Shown here piece after piece: positions 9,083 to 19,930 of a DNA stretch of 64,000 nucleotides. Origin of the DNA: an uncultured Rhodospirillaceae bacterium (GTDB taxonomy: Bacteria > Pseudomonadota > Alphaproteobacteria > UBA9219). The stretch's first letter is position 1; each line of letters starts with the position of its first letter. The stretch lies in contig CAYMGM010000001.1 in the NCBI GenBank assembly GCA_964390005.1, positions 129,839 through 193,838 on the forward strand. Direction: 5' to 3'. The position numbers were made by a program, and so were the translations under genes. The notes beneath the pieces are model-generated. The model did no database searches, was not told where the DNA came from, and saw only the letters and a program-made list of their open reading frames with translations.

Positions 9083-10729
9083 ATGAAGGTCGCGCTTGCG
9101 CAGCTGGATCCTGTTGTTGGCGATGTGGCTGGCAATGTAAGCCGATTGGCTTCCCGTTGGGGCGAGGCGGCGCAAAATGGCGCCGACCTTTTGATCGCGA
9201 CCGAGCTGTATGTGACGGGCTATCCGCCTGAGGATTTGGTTTTAAAACCAAGCCTTCAGAAACTCGTTACCGACGCCGTTGAAGGGCTGGCGCGGATGAC
9301 GGCCTCGGGGCCCGCCATTTTGCTGGGCGCGCCGTGGATGATCGACGGCAAGCTGTATAACGCGGCGTTGTTGCTTGACGGCGGCGTTGTCTCGGCGGTT
9401 GTCCGCAAGCAGTTTTTGCCGAACGAAGGGCCCTTTGACGAAAAGCGGGCCTTTGTCTGCGCGCCTGAAAGCCAAGAGCCTGTCGCATGGCGCGGCATGA
9501 AGCTTGGCGTCATGATCTGCGAAGACATGTGGAAGGAAGGGCCGTCTGCGTACCTGCGCGATCAAGGGGCGCAGCTTTTGATCGTTTTGAACGGCAGTCC
9601 CTTTGAGCTTGGCAAGCAAATCCAGCGGCACAATCTGGCGATCGAGCGTGCGCGTGAGACGGGCTTGCCGCTGATTTATATCAATCATGTCGGCGGGCAG
9701 GACGAGCTTGTTTTTGAAGGCGGTTCGTTTGTTATGTCGGCAGAAGGCGAACTGGTTCTTCAAGCGCCGTTTTGGGAAGAGTCTCTTGTCCCCGTTGTCT
9801 TTCAAGAAACAGACGGCAAGCTTGTGCCCGAAAGCGGTAGCGTCGCTTCGATTCAGGATCGTGAAGAAGCGCTTTACATGGCTTTGATGACGGGGCTGCG
9901 CGACCATGTGCGGAAAAACAAGTTTTCGCGCGTGATCTTGGGGCTTTCCGGCGGGATTGATTGCGCCCTGATCGCGGCCTTGGCCGTCGATGCTTTGGGG
10001 GCCGATCTTGTGCGCTTTGTGATGATTCCCGCGCCGTCGATGCCTATTGAAAATATCGACGATGCAACGGCTGTGGCGCGCGCGCTGGGCAAGCCTTTGG
10101 CCTCGTTGCCAGCTTCGCCCGCTTTGGCTGCTTTTGATCAAATCTTGGCGGTTCAGTTTATGGGCTGTCAGCCCGATATGACGGAAATCAACATCGAAAG
10201 CCGCTGCCGTAGCGTCATGTTGATGGCTTTGGCCGATAAAAGCCATGCCTTGCTGCTGGCCTCGGTTAACAAGACCGAACTGGCGGTGGGGTTTGCGGCC
10301 TTGTACGGCGAAATGGCGGGCGCTTATGCCCCCCTTAAAGATGTCTATAAAACAGATGTCTATCGTTTAGCCCGCTGGCGTAACACACATGTTCCGGCGA
10401 CGGGGCGCGGGCCTTCCGAGACCATTTTCCCTGAATCTGTTTTGGCTAAAACGCCGTCCAGCGACCGCTATGCGATGATCGAGACCGAAGACCCCATGCC
10501 GGCCTCCAGCGAATTGGACGATATTTTGACCGGCCTTGTCGAAGACGATCTGGGCGTCGCCGAGATGGCCGAGCGCGGTATCGAGGCCTCTTTAGTGAGG
10601 CGCGTTCTGTTGCGGCTAGACCGGGCCGAATATAAACGCCGCCAAGCCCCGCCGGGGCCGAAAGTTTCACGTCGCCATTTGACGCGGGACCGCAGATATC
10701 CTATGACGAACAGATATTTGGACGACTAA
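9083..10729 (+). CDS. nadE: glutamine-dependent NAD+ synthetase
   Basis: 548 aa. An N-terminal nitrilase/CN-hydrolase domain (MKVALAQLDPVVGD...) is joined to a C-terminal NAD synthetase domain with the ATP pyrophosphatase SGGIDS motif (LGLSGGIDCALIAALAV). Confidence 0.9.
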   Translation: MKVALAQLDPVVGDVAGNVSRLASRWGEAAQNGADLLIATELYVTGYPPEDLVLKPSLQKLVTDAVEGLARMTASGPAILLGAPWMIDGKLYNAALLLDGGVVSAVVRKQFLPNEGPFDEKRAFVCAPESQEPVAWRGMKLGVMICEDMWKEGPSAYLRDQGAQLLIVLNGSPFELGKQIQRHNLAIERARETGLPLIYINHVGGQDELVFEGGSFVMSAEGELVLQAPFWEESLVPVVFQETDGKLVPESGSVASIQDREEALYMALMTGLRDHVRKNKFSRVILGLSGGIDCALIAALAVDALGADLVRFVMIPAPSMPIENIDDATAVARALGKPLASLPASPALAAFDQILAVQFMGCQPDMTEINIESRCRSVMLMALADKSHALLLASVNKTELAVGFAALYGEMAGAYAPLKDVYKTDVYRLARWRNTHVPATGRGPSETIFPESVLAKTPSSDRYAMIETEDPMPASSELDDILTGLVEDDLGVAEMAERGIEASLVRRVLLRLDRAEYKRRQAPPGPKVSRRHLTRDRRYPMTNRYLDD

Positions 10730-10758
10730 CCGCCGTTCTTCCGAAAAATGAGAGACCT

Positions 10759-11763
10759 TTGATGACAAGCCAGCAAGAAAACGCGCGCCGGACCGAAATC
10801 TTGAGCCGCATCGACGAAGTTTTGATCGACGCCGCTTTGGATGAAAACGACCCCCATTTTTATCGCGGTAAAGTCCGCGACGTTTATGATGTGCCGGGCG
10901 GGCGGCGCGTGATGGTTGCAACGGATCGCCAAAGCGCCTTTGATCAGGTGTTGGCCGCCGTTCCGTTTAAGGGCCAGGTTTTGACCGCGACCGCGCGGTT
11001 TTGGTTTGAAGCGACGCAAGACATTTTGCCCAATCATGTCATCGCTTACCCCGACCCGAATGTCTCGGTCGTCAAGTCGCTGACGATGCTGCCTGTCGAA
11101 GTCGTTGTGCGTGACTATATGACTGGCTCGACGTCGACGTCGATCTGGCCGATGTACCAAAGCGGTCGGCGCAATATGTATGGAATTTCGTTTCCCGATG
11201 GTTTGAAGAAAAACGACAAATTACCCCAAACCATCGTGACGCCGACAACCAAGGGCGGCACTGGTGAACATGATCGCCCCATTACGCCTGCCGAGATTAT
11301 CGAAGAAAAGCTTTTAACGGCGGACCAATGGGCCGAAGTTGAAAAAGCGGCGCTGGCCCTTTTTGCGCGCGGACGCGATTTGGCGGCGCGGCAAGGCTTG
11401 ATCCTTGTCGATACGAAGTATGAGTTTGGTTGGGACGAACAAGGCCATTTAACGTTGGCCGACGAAATCCATACGCCGGACAGCAGCCGTTATTGGATCG
11501 CCGAATCCTATGAAGCGCGCCGCGCCCGTGGCGAGGAGCCGGACAGTCTGGATAAAGAGTTTCTGCGTCTTTGGATTGCCGCGCGGTGCGATCCGTACAA
11601 GGATCCTATCCCCGCCATTCCGCCCGAAACCTTAGCCGATTTTAGCGCGCGTTATATTGCGCTGTATGAAAAAATCTCGGGGCAAACGTTTGTCTTGCCA
11701 CCGCGCGGGGCGGATGTGAAAGAACGTGTCTTGGCGAGCCTTAAGCCTTTTCTGGCGGCGTAA
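10759..11763 (+). CDS. SAICAR synthetase-like protein, long form (second purC paralog)
   Basis: 334 aa. YRGKVRDVYD and DTKYEFG motifs typical of the SAICAR synthetase family, with N- and C-terminal extensions. A canonical purC is also present at 13799-14596. Confidence 0.7.
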   Translation: MMTSQQENARRTEILSRIDEVLIDAALDENDPHFYRGKVRDVYDVPGGRRVMVATDRQSAFDQVLAAVPFKGQVLTATARFWFEATQDILPNHVIAYPDPNVSVVKSLTMLPVEVVVRDYMTGSTSTSIWPMYQSGRRNMYGISFPDGLKKNDKLPQTIVTPTTKGGTGEHDRPITPAEIIEEKLLTADQWAEVEKAALALFARGRDLAARQGLILVDTKYEFGWDEQGHLTLADEIHTPDSSRYWIAESYEARRARGEEPDSLDKEFLRLWIAARCDPYKDPIPAIPPETLADFSARYIALYEKISGQTFVLPPRGADVKERVLASLKPFLAA

Positions 11764-12580
11764 AGCTGGGCAGCTTGGCAACAAAATCTTTGTCGGTGGC
11801 CAGATAGCCCAAAGGGAGGCAGCGTTCGGTTGCCGCTAAAAGACGTTCGATCTGCGGCGTTGCGCGGCGGCGCGCCAGCCACAGGACAAGGCTGATCCAA
11901 AGCGGCGTTTCAGGCATCGGGTGAAACGCTTCCTCTCGGTCAAAATCGTACGGATGGGCATAGGTCCAAAGCGCCTGGTTTGCATGCGCTTTTGTAAGCC
12001 ATTTTTGGACGATGCCAAAAGGAAGCGCGTACAGATAAATCCCGCCTAAATAGGGGATCGACAGCGGACCCAGCGCGTGGACGGGCAGCGGAAACTCGAC
12101 CATCCCACAAGACCACCGAAACGGCGTTTGGGGCGCTTTGCTCATACCAAAGCGAGAAAACCGCGTCGGCATAAGGCTTGAGGAATAGGCAAAGCCAAGT
12201 TTATCCAGCTTCTCAAGCGCCCAGAGGGTCGGTTGCGCCAGCGAATAGCAGGGGGCACGAAACCCTAAAACGGGCGAGCTCGTCGTCTGCTCAAGCCTGT
12301 CCTTATCAACATAGGCTTCGCGAAAGAAAATCTCGGGGTGTTCTTTGGTCAGCGGCAAGTGCGTGTGGCTGTGATAGCCGATTTCATGACCACGCGCCGC
12401 GATATCGCGCACAAGATCCGGCGCGGCGGCGGCGATGCGTCCAACGGTAAAAAAAGTGGCCTTGACTTGATGCGCATCGCAGAAATCAAGGATGCGTCTT
12501 GTCATTGCGACATAACGCCCATCGGGTTCATAGGCAAATGTCGGATCTTCAAAATCGATGGTCAGGTGAAGGCGTGTCAC
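11741..12580 (-). CDS. polysaccharide deacetylase family protein (NodB homology / CE4)
   Basis: 279 aa. ATFFTVGRIAAAAPDLVRDIAARGHEIGYHSHTH matches the CE4 NodB motifs. Confidence 0.7.
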   Translation of the reverse strand: MTRLHLTIDFEDPTFAYEPDGRYVAMTRRILDFCDAHQVKATFFTVGRIAAAAPDLVRDIAARGHEIGYHSHTHLPLTKEHPEIFFREAYVDKDRLEQTTSSPVLGFRAPCYSLAQPTLWALEKLDKLGFAYSSSLMPTRFSRFGMSKAPQTPFRWSCGMVEFPLPVHALGPLSIPYLGGIYLYALPFGIVQKWLTKAHANQALWTYAHPYDFDREEAFHPMPETPLWISLVLWLARRRATPQIERLLAATERCLPLGYLATDKDFVAKLPSFTPPEKA

Positions 12581-13191
12581 TGTTTAATCGCCTGGACTTC
12601 CAACAGAATGGTTAAATCTTTTCCAAAACGTTCTTTGCCGCCGGTGTTTTCGGTCATTTCATAATCGTCGCGTTTCAGAGTCCCGTTGATGGAAAGCCCC
12701 ATCTCGCCGGTTGATTCATCAACTTTATTTATTTTGACGTTGATTTTAGCGTCTTTGGTAATGCGCCGCGCCGTCAATTTTCCTGAAACGACAGTAACGC
12801 CATCGTCGACCACTTGCGCAGGGTCGGTTTGAATAAACGAAACTTCGGGATAGCGCAGCATGTCCAGCATCATCTGAAACTGCGAGATATCGCCACCGAG
12901 CGTCATTTGAATGCTGTTGGCATCAATCGCAAAACGTAAATTGTTAATCGTCTTCTGTTCAGGATCATAGCTGTACGAAGCCGTCGCTTGCTTGAAGACC
13001 GTCAAAAGGTCAGACAGGCCACGATCACGTACCTTGATCATCGCCATCATTTTTTGCGGGGGAACATAGTATTTATCTTCCGAAGCGAAAGCCGCCTGCG
13101 GCGTTAAGCCCAACAGTATTAGGCACAGACAAAAAAGGCAGCCAAGGCGAGTGAGAAAAGAAAAAGAAGATGTCGCCTTGGTTTGCTTCAT
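12577..13191 (-). CDS. YceI-like periplasmic protein
   Basis: Signal peptide starting at MKQTKATSSFSFLTRLGCLFCLCLILLGLTPQAAFA, then a YceI-like beta-barrel region (VSGKLTARRITKDAKINVKINKVDE...). The start codon overlaps the stop of the upstream lipoprotein gene. Confidence 0.65.
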   Translation of the reverse strand: MKQTKATSSFSFLTRLGCLFCLCLILLGLTPQAAFASEDKYYVPPQKMMAMIKVRDRGLSDLLTVFKQATASYSYDPEQKTINNLRFAIDANSIQMTLGGDISQFQMMLDMLRYPEVSFIQTDPAQVVDDGVTVVSGKLTARRITKDAKINVKINKVDESTGEMGLSINGTLKRDDYEMTENTGGKERFGKDLTILLEVQAIKQ

Positions 13192-13493
13192 TGCCAGTAT
13201 CCTCCAACATGCGCCCAGCCATAACCGCGGCGTTCCCACCGATCATTCGACCAAACCGCCGTCGGGTTGGGGCGAACGGTCAGACGGCCCGGAACCCATG
13301 AAAAGTCGCGACCATCGTAAGACCAATAGCCTGGAACCCAAATTTCATGCACAGGATCATCAGCCAACAGTTTTTCTTCAGGCACGGGATCGGGAGGCGG
13401 GACCATTGACAGGCCGTTGAAAGACGGCGTGGGCGATCCGGCACATGCGGCCAGAACAAGGGCTGTCCCTAAAAGCAGAGAGACGTGCCCCAT
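13188..13493 (-). CDS. lipoprotein with Trp/Tyr-Gly repeat motifs
   Basis: Lipobox LVLAACAG after MGHVSLLLGTA. The mature part carries repeated W/Y-x-x-G motifs (GYWSYDGRDFSW, GYGWAHVGGYWQ). It is translationally coupled to the YceI gene. Confidence 0.5.
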   Translation of the reverse strand: MGHVSLLLGTALVLAACAGSPTPSFNGLSMVPPPDPVPEEKLLADDPVHEIWVPGYWSYDGRDFSWVPGRLTVRPNPTAVWSNDRWERRGYGWAHVGGYWQ

Positions 13494-13575
13494 ACGGGTT
13501 TTAACGAAAGAGATCATTTCAGGAACACAAATCATCGGACCAGCCAAGCATGATGAGATCGAAAGGCAAGGGCTA

Positions 13576-13815
13576 TCAAAGCACAGTTACCTTGTAATCC
13601 TCAATAACCAAATTGGCGAGAAGCTTTTCGGCCATGGCTTTGGCGGCTTCGGCGGCTTTGGCCGGGTCCGTTTCGGCAACGTCCAAGACGATGGTTTTGC
13701 CCATGCGGACTTCGCCGATGCCTGCAAAGCCCATGCCCGCCAAAGCGTGGCTGATGGCTTTGCCCTGCGGGTCCAAAACGCCTTCTTTCAACATGATATC
13801 AACGCGCAGTTTCAT
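13576..13815 (-). CDS. purS: phosphoribosylformylglycinamidine synthase subunit PurS
   Basis: 79 aa. [21 protein letters not shown] is the classic PurS N-terminus. It overlaps the purC stop in operon arrangement. Confidence 0.85.
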   Translation of the reverse strand: MKLRVDIMLKEGVLDPQGKAISHALAGMGFAGIGEVRMGKTIVLDVAETDPAKAAEAAKAMAEKLLANLVIEDYKVTVL

Positions 13816-14596
13816 TTTTCTTCTCGCTTACGTTTAAAAGGTTGACGATCTTAACTGTTTGAGCGGCGGGGGGTTCTTGTAGAATCCCCAAGCGCCGCGC
13901 AACATCTTGATAGGCCTCTTCGACGCGGCCTAAATCTTCACGGAACCGATCCTTGTCCATCTTTTCGTTACTGAAACGGTCCCATAGGCGGCATGTGTCG
14001 GGGCTGATTTCATCGGCGACGACAATGCGCAGTTCGTCATTGTCCCACAGACGGCCAAACTCAAGCCGAATGTCGATCAAACGGATACCCGCGCCCAAGA
14101 AAAGGCCGGAAAGATAGTCATTGACGCGCAACGTTAGCGCCATGATCTCGTCCATTTCGGGCGGCGCGGCCCAGCCAAAAGCCGTGATATGCTCGTCTGT
14201 GACCATGGGATTGGCGAGGTCGTCTTTTTTATAGAAAAACTCGACAATTGAGCGCGGCAAGGGGGTGCCTTCAGGGATGCCAAGCCTTTTGGCCATCGAA
14301 CCAGCCGCCGCGTTGCGCACAACGACTTGAATGGGAATCATGTCGACTTGGCGAACCAATTGTTCGCGCATATTTAACCGGCGTATAAAATGGGTTGGAA
14401 CGCCCATTTCGCCGAGTTTGGTCATCAAAAACTCAGAAATGCGGTTGTTAAGGACGCCTTTGCCCGTAATGGTGCCTTGTTTTGTTTTATGAAACGCCGT
14501 GACGTCGTCTTTAAAATATTGAATCAACGTGCCCGGCTCAGGCCCTTCGAACAGAACTTTGGCTTTTCCTTCATAGATGCGATGCCGTCTGTTCAT
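13799..14596 (-). CDS. purC: phosphoribosylaminoimidazole-succinocarboxamide synthase
   Basis: 265 aa. [18 protein letters not shown] and DIRLEFG motifs are canonical for PurC. Confidence 0.9.
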   Translation of the reverse strand: MNRRHRIYEGKAKVLFEGPEPGTLIQYFKDDVTAFHKTKQGTITGKGVLNNRISEFLMTKLGEMGVPTHFIRRLNMREQLVRQVDMIPIQVVVRNAAAGSMAKRLGIPEGTPLPRSIVEFFYKKDDLANPMVTDEHITAFGWAAPPEMDEIMALTLRVNDYLSGLFLGAGIRLIDIRLEFGRLWDNDELRIVVADEISPDTCRLWDRFSNEKMDKDRFREDLGRVEEAYQDVARRLGILQEPPAAQTVKIVNLLNVSEKKNETAR

Positions 14597-14704
14597 ACGA
14601 AAACAACTCTTTCCAACGATTTACTCTGTTAACAAGCTTGTGTTCATGGGTATAGCAGCCAAACCCGCTAAAGACAATAAGGGCAACAGGCAGCGTTAAC
14701 CTTG

Positions 14705-16795
14705 TTAGCCCGACCGAAAAAGTCGAACAGCCGTATCTTTTTCAAAGAGATAGAGAAGCGTGCGCAAAGCCTTCCCGCGTGGCGTGACCAGTTCGGGATC
14801 TTTGTTGAGGATCAAATCGGCCTCTTGCCGCGCCATATGTAAAAGGTCTTGGTCGCGCATCAGGTCTGCCAGACGAAAAACGGGCAAGCCGCTTTGCCGC
14901 GTGCCCATCACTTCGCCGGGGCCGCGTAGGCGCAGATCTTCTTCGGCAATCCGAAAACCGTCTTCTGTCTCACGCAAAAGCTTCAACCGTTCGGTTGCAA
15001 TCTGACTTAAGGGACCTTGATAAAGCAAAAGACAGACGGAAGCCACGGCCCCCCGACCCACGCGTCCCCGCAATTGGTGTAGAGCGGCAAGGCCAAAACG
15101 TTCGGCATGCTCGATAATCATCAAGCTGGCGTTGGGGACATCGACGCCGACTTCGATGACGGTGGTCGCCACAAGAATCTTAATTTGACCGCTGGCAAAA
15201 CGCTCCATAACCGCATTTTTCTGATCCGGCGATAAGCGGCCATGAACAAGCCCCACCTGCATCGCCCCAAAACGCCGGGCGAGCAAATCGGCCCGATCCG
15301 TGGCGGCGGCCAGATCGCTTTTTTCCGATTCTTCGACGAGCGGACAAACCCAGTAGGCTTGCTTGCCCGCGCCGATGTGACGCGCCAGGCCCTCAATCAC
15401 CGCATCCAGGCGTGTCACGTCGATCAAGCGCGTGTCGATGGGCTGACGGCCTGCGGGTTTTTCCATCAAGCGTGAAACATCCATATCGCCATAAGCGGTC
15501 AAGGTTAGCGTTCGTGGGATGGGCGTTGCCGTCATCGCCAGAATATCGACGGCTTGCCCTTTTTCTGTCATCTGCAAACGTTGATGCACGCCAAAGCGGT
15601 GCTGTTCGTCCACGACGGCAAGACCAAGACGGTGAAAGACGACTTCTTCCTGAAAAAGGGCATGCGTGCCGACAACCAAAGGAAGATCGCCATGCGCCAA
15701 GGCGGTTAGGGTTTCTTTTCGTTCTTTGGCACGGCCTTTTTTGCCCAGCAGCAAACCGATCGGCAAGCCCAGTGGCTTTAGAAACGAGCTGAGCTTATCA
15801 AAATGTTGTTTGGCAAGAATCTCTGTTGGCGCCAAAAGAACCGCTTGAAAACCAGACTCGACAGCCTGCAACATTGCCATCAGCGCAACCAGTGTTTTGC
15901 CTGATCCCACATCGCCTTGTAAAAGGCGTAGCATACGGGTCGGGGCCGCCATATCGGCGCTGATTTCTTGAAATGCGGCGACTTGGGCCTTTGTCGGTTG
16001 AAAAGGAAGAGATGCCAACAGGCCTTGGTTCAGCGCTTTTGTCCCCGTCATTGAGCAGCCTGGCCGCTGCCGCGATTGCTGGCGGATTAGGGCCAAAGCC
16101 AATTGATCGGCCAAGCATTCATCATAAGCCAACCTGCGCCGCGCGGACGTGCCTTGGCCTGTTTGTTCGGCCAACAAAGGATCGTGCGCCAAAAGCAACG
16201 AATCTTTCCACGTGGGCCACCGTTCGCGGGAAAGAAGATGCTCATCGTGCCATTCTGTAAGCGCTGGCGTGCGGTCTAAAGCTTGGCGAACGCTTTTGAC
16301 AAGACCGCGGTTTGCCAGGCCTTGTGTCAGTGGATAAACGGGCTCTAAAGACGGTATCTCATTTTTTTGATCGGGCGCGACGACGAAATCGGGGTGGTTC
16401 ATGATCCATGAACCTTGGAACCTTTCTAATAATCCGCTGACAAAACGCATCTGCCCAACAGGATATAACCGAGACAGGTAATCGCCTTTTGTGTTAAAAT
16501 AAGTAATCTGAAGGGGGGCGGATCCGTCTGTCGCTTCGATATGATAGGGCTTCCCTGCGCGGGCAGGCGGTTTGTGTTCGGTGATGGATAATAAAAGCGT
16601 CGCGACGCGCCCTGATTCTGCCGCGACGAGACGCGGTGCATAACGCCGGTCGATAACGTCCTGCGGAAGGTGCCAAAGCAGATCGATCAGGCGCGTTCCG
16701 CCGCAAAGTTTTTTGTACAAGACGGCTAAACGCGGACCTATGCCTTTGAGCGTCGTCATCTCGGCAAAGAGGGGAAAAAGACATGAAGGGCGCAT
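14705..16795 (-). CDS. recG: ATP-dependent DNA helicase RecG
   Basis: 696 aa. Helicase motif I GDVGSGKT, DEAH-like VVDEQHRFG, the RecG wedge/N-terminal domain, and the typical length. Confidence 0.9.
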   Translation of the reverse strand: MRPSCLFPLFAEMTTLKGIGPRLAVLYKKLCGGTRLIDLLWHLPQDVIDRRYAPRLVAAESGRVATLLLSITEHKPPARAGKPYHIEATDGSAPLQITYFNTKGDYLSRLYPVGQMRFVSGLLERFQGSWIMNHPDFVVAPDQKNEIPSLEPVYPLTQGLANRGLVKSVRQALDRTPALTEWHDEHLLSRERWPTWKDSLLLAHDPLLAEQTGQGTSARRRLAYDECLADQLALALIRQQSRQRPGCSMTGTKALNQGLLASLPFQPTKAQVAAFQEISADMAAPTRMLRLLQGDVGSGKTLVALMAMLQAVESGFQAVLLAPTEILAKQHFDKLSSFLKPLGLPIGLLLGKKGRAKERKETLTALAHGDLPLVVGTHALFQEEVVFHRLGLAVVDEQHRFGVHQRLQMTEKGQAVDILAMTATPIPRTLTLTAYGDMDVSRLMEKPAGRQPIDTRLIDVTRLDAVIEGLARHIGAGKQAYWVCPLVEESEKSDLAAATDRADLLARRFGAMQVGLVHGRLSPDQKNAVMERFASGQIKILVATTVIEVGVDVPNASLMIIEHAERFGLAALHQLRGRVGRGAVASVCLLLYQGPLSQIATERLKLLRETEDGFRIAEEDLRLRGPGEVMGTRQSGLPVFRLADLMRDQDLLHMARQEADLILNKDPELVTPRGKALRTLLYLFEKDTAVRLFRSG

Positions 16796-16935
16796 AAAAG
16801 CCAGCGTAGCGAAAAATCAGAAAAAAGCAAAATAACACGCAGGAAGGGTGGTAAAGCAAGTTACACTGTAAAGTCCAATAGGTTATAGGCGTATGATCAT
16901 AGAGGCAAAACCTTGAATGATGTCAAGATGTTGTT

Positions 16936-17991
16936 ATGGTCAATTTTGTGTCGGCGTATCATCATGCCAATTGGCACGCTTTGGGGGGTGGTTTCTTGCT
17001 GGATCAGAATAGTCTGAAGACGGATCATTTGCGTCCCATTCTGGCTCGGAAAGCTGCAGGAACGGCAGACGCTATCGATTGTCCGGTCGGCGAAACACAG
17101 ACGCTGGGGGGGTGCAAGGACGGCTTTGTTCGTTCCGAATACCACAGCTGCGGTTTTGGTTTTGGGGTTTTTTTTGTCGATGCCCTGGTGCGGGAGCCGT
17201 ATGCTTTTCAACTGCCGTTTCCAAATGCCACCAAAGCGCTTCTTTTGCACGTTGTCACCTCGGGAAAGGGGCGTCTTATTCTTGATAAGGGAATGGCGAT
17301 TCCGGGAAGCGCCGGGGATGCTGTTTTTAGCGTACCTGAAAGCGGCGGTTATGTGGTCGAGCCAGCCCATGGCGTCAGTTATAGCATGCTGGCTTCCGTT
17401 ATGTGCGTTGAACGTTTTATCACGACGTTCTCTCAACAAATGTTGCCTGCGCCGCTGAATGAATTTTTAACGGGACGGCGTTCAAATCTCATTCGTTGCA
17501 GCGCACCGTCGCATGTCATTCAGCGGTTGACAAAAGAGATGCAGGCGAATCCCTATCGGGGCCCGGTTGCAACGCTTTACCTTGAAAGCAAGATGCTCGA
17601 GCTGCTAGCCGAAGTTATGGCTCAATTCGACAGTAACCAAGAAACATCGGCGCGTGTTTTATCGTGCGAGCGCCGTCGCGCCGTTGCCGCGCGAGACGTT
17701 CTGATCGACAATTTATCCAATCCGCCTTCCGTTTCGGCTTTGGCGCAAACGGTTGGCCTTTCGCAACGACGCTTAAACTATATTTTTCGTGAATTGTACG
17801 GCGGTACGGTCTTTTCTTGTATGACACAGTGGCGGCTTGCGCGTGCGCGCGAACTTCTTGAGGAGGGATCGCTTTCCGTCAAGCAAGTGGCCTCGACAAT
17901 GGGGTATGCACACGCGAACAATTTTATCCTAGCCTTTACGCGCAATTTTGGCGTTTCGCCTGGCAAGTGCCGTAAAGAGTATGGTGGTTGA
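16936..17991 (+). CDS. AraC-family transcriptional regulator
   Basis: C-terminal double HTH (SVSALAQTVGLSQRRLNYIFRE...VKQVASTMGYAHANNFILAFTRNFGVSPGKCR). Divergent from recG. Confidence 0.8.
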   Translation: MVNFVSAYHHANWHALGGGFLLDQNSLKTDHLRPILARKAAGTADAIDCPVGETQTLGGCKDGFVRSEYHSCGFGFGVFFVDALVREPYAFQLPFPNATKALLLHVVTSGKGRLILDKGMAIPGSAGDAVFSVPESGGYVVEPAHGVSYSMLASVMCVERFITTFSQQMLPAPLNEFLTGRRSNLIRCSAPSHVIQRLTKEMQANPYRGPVATLYLESKMLELLAEVMAQFDSNQETSARVLSCERRRAVAARDVLIDNLSNPPSVSALAQTVGLSQRRLNYIFRELYGGTVFSCMTQWRLARARELLEEGSLSVKQVASTMGYAHANNFILAFTRNFGVSPGKCRKEYGG

Positions 17992-18217
17992 AAACACATT
18001 TGTTTTTAAGGCCACGAATACAATTTTAATCTGTGGGTTTGAAGATTATAGCGCATAAGCATAGCTTTTTGGATTTTTGTCATAGCTGTTAAACCTTGTC
18101 CGATTGCATGCAACTGTGTTTTTATAATGAATCTAATCTAACTGGGCCTGTTCTGGGCAACGAATCCTAAGTATGATCTCATCGAATGTTCCAATTTCTG
18201 GCGAAAAGAGGCTGGGT

Positions 18218-19867
18218 ATGCAGGCGCATAAAAGGATTATCGGTAAAATTGCAGCTATCATTATTATTCTTGTTGGCGTTTCATTTGGTGTTAGCGGGTT
18301 AGGATTGTATGCTCTTTCAGACAGTACGCACGATACAGAAAGACTGAACGCGCAAGCATGGCTCATTCGCCTAAACGCGCAAATGTATATCCAAGCGCAG
18401 CGTATGCTTCTGGAAGCGAACCGGCAGACATTCGATGCGTCAGAGGTCTCGCCACGGCAAAACATTCAAGATGCCACGCAGAAATTCGAACATAACTTGG
18501 ATAAACTAACCCGCGATGCTTCAAAAGATTGGGGACCCGTTGTCGAGAAAATCCGCACGGCCTACGAAAGCTATCGCCCCTCCATTCTTGCCGTTTTCGA
18601 AACGACGGATCGCCCGTCGGCCTTACGCACGGTGCAAAAGCAAGCGGATGTAATTTTTTCTTTGTTGGTGCAATTGAATACGGATTTGTCGACGCAAAGC
18701 GATCAAACAGCAAACCTTGCGCGCGAACGGTATGCCTCATTTCTTAAACTTCTATGGGGGCTTTCGCTTTTGGGGGCGTTTTTAGGATCGGTCGTTGGCT
18801 ATAAAATCGCCGACAAAGGATTGATCAAACCTGTCGCAGCCCTCATTCTGTCGTTGAACGGCATAACCAAGGGCAATCTCGAATGCGATATCCCGGGAAC
18901 GCAGCGTCCTGACGAAATCGGCGATGTCGCGCGGGCCGTCGAACAGCTGCGCGACCATGAAAGACAAGCTCAAAAAGAGCGCGTTCTTCACGCCGAAGCT
19001 GAAAAAAAACGGCAAGCTCATGCCGATCATGTCGAAGGCTTGGCTCAGGGTTTTGAAAAAGACGTCTCGGGCACGCTTGATGTCGTCAGCAGTGCGACAA
19101 CCCAGCTAGAGGCCACGGCGCAATCTCTCTCGGCGACGGCAGAGGAGACGAACAGACAATCAGCGGCGGTTGCTGCTGCCTCGGAAGAATCCTCGGCCAG
19201 CGTTCAGACTGTCGCAAGTGCAGCTGAAGAATTGTCAAAATCCATCGTTGAGATTGCGCACAATATCAAACAGTCGAAAGACGCCGCCGAGACGGCCGTG
19301 ACGCGCGCGCAAGAAACCACGCAAATTGTTAAGGCGTTGGCTGAGAATTCGACGAAGATTGGCGATGTCATTAATCTGATCAACGATATTGCAGCGCAAA
19401 CAAATCTTTTGGCCCTGAATGCGACGATTGAAGCGGCGCGCGCGGGCGACGCTGGCAAAGGGTTCGCCGTTGTCGCAGGCGAGGTGAAACAATTAGCCAG
19501 CCAAACGGCGCAAGCAACGGAAGAGATTCATACGCAGGTCAGCGCCGTTCAAAGCTCGGTGACTCAGGCCATCGGCGCGATTGAAGCTGTTGTCGGACAA
19601 ATCAGCAAAGTTAACGAAATCACGACTTATGTTGCTTCATCGGTTGAAGAGCAAACGGCGGCAACCGATGAAATTGCGCGCAGCATCAGCCAAGTCGCGG
19701 CAGGCACGCAAGAGGTCGCCTCGAATATCACGGGCGTGACCCAGGCGGCTTCTGAAACGGGGTCTTCCTCAAGTCAGGTTCTTAGCGCCTCGCACAGTCT
19801 GGCGCGTGAGGCCGGAAAGTTGGAAGAGATTGTCAAGTCCTTTTTAGCTGGTGTTAGAAAAGCTTAA
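18218..19867 (+). CDS. methyl-accepting chemotaxis protein
   Basis: N-terminal TM, a periplasmic region, a second TM with a HAMP domain, and the highly conserved MCP signalling motif [37 protein letters not shown]. The ATG at 18218 has an AAGAGG RBS. The ORF track starts at 18173. Confidence 0.85.
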   Translation: MQAHKRIIGKIAAIIIILVGVSFGVSGLGLYALSDSTHDTERLNAQAWLIRLNAQMYIQAQRMLLEANRQTFDASEVSPRQNIQDATQKFEHNLDKLTRDASKDWGPVVEKIRTAYESYRPSILAVFETTDRPSALRTVQKQADVIFSLLVQLNTDLSTQSDQTANLARERYASFLKLLWGLSLLGAFLGSVVGYKIADKGLIKPVAALILSLNGITKGNLECDIPGTQRPDEIGDVARAVEQLRDHERQAQKERVLHAEAEKKRQAHADHVEGLAQGFEKDVSGTLDVVSSATTQLEATAQSLSATAEETNRQSAAVAAASEESSASVQTVASAAEELSKSIVEIAHNIKQSKDAAETAVTRAQETTQIVKALAENSTKIGDVINLINDIAAQTNLLALNATIEAARAGDAGKGFAVVAGEVKQLASQTAQATEEIHTQVSAVQSSVTQAIGAIEAVVGQISKVNEITTYVASSVEEQTAATDEIARSISQVAAGTQEVASNITGVTQAASETGSSSSQVLSASHSLAREAGKLEEIVKSFLAGVRKA

Positions 19868-19930
19868 CATCTTCTTTTAGCCGGGGCTTGCACGAAAAAC
19901 CCATAGAAACGCTTTTGTTGCGCGTCGTTT

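Noticed and set aside
9242-10246. 334-aa minus-strand ORF
   Set aside because: It is antisense within nadE. The product is Arg/Gln-rich and low-complexity.
16897-17439. 180-aa minus-strand ORF
   Set aside because: It is antisense within the AraC regulator gene and overlaps its promoter-proximal part.
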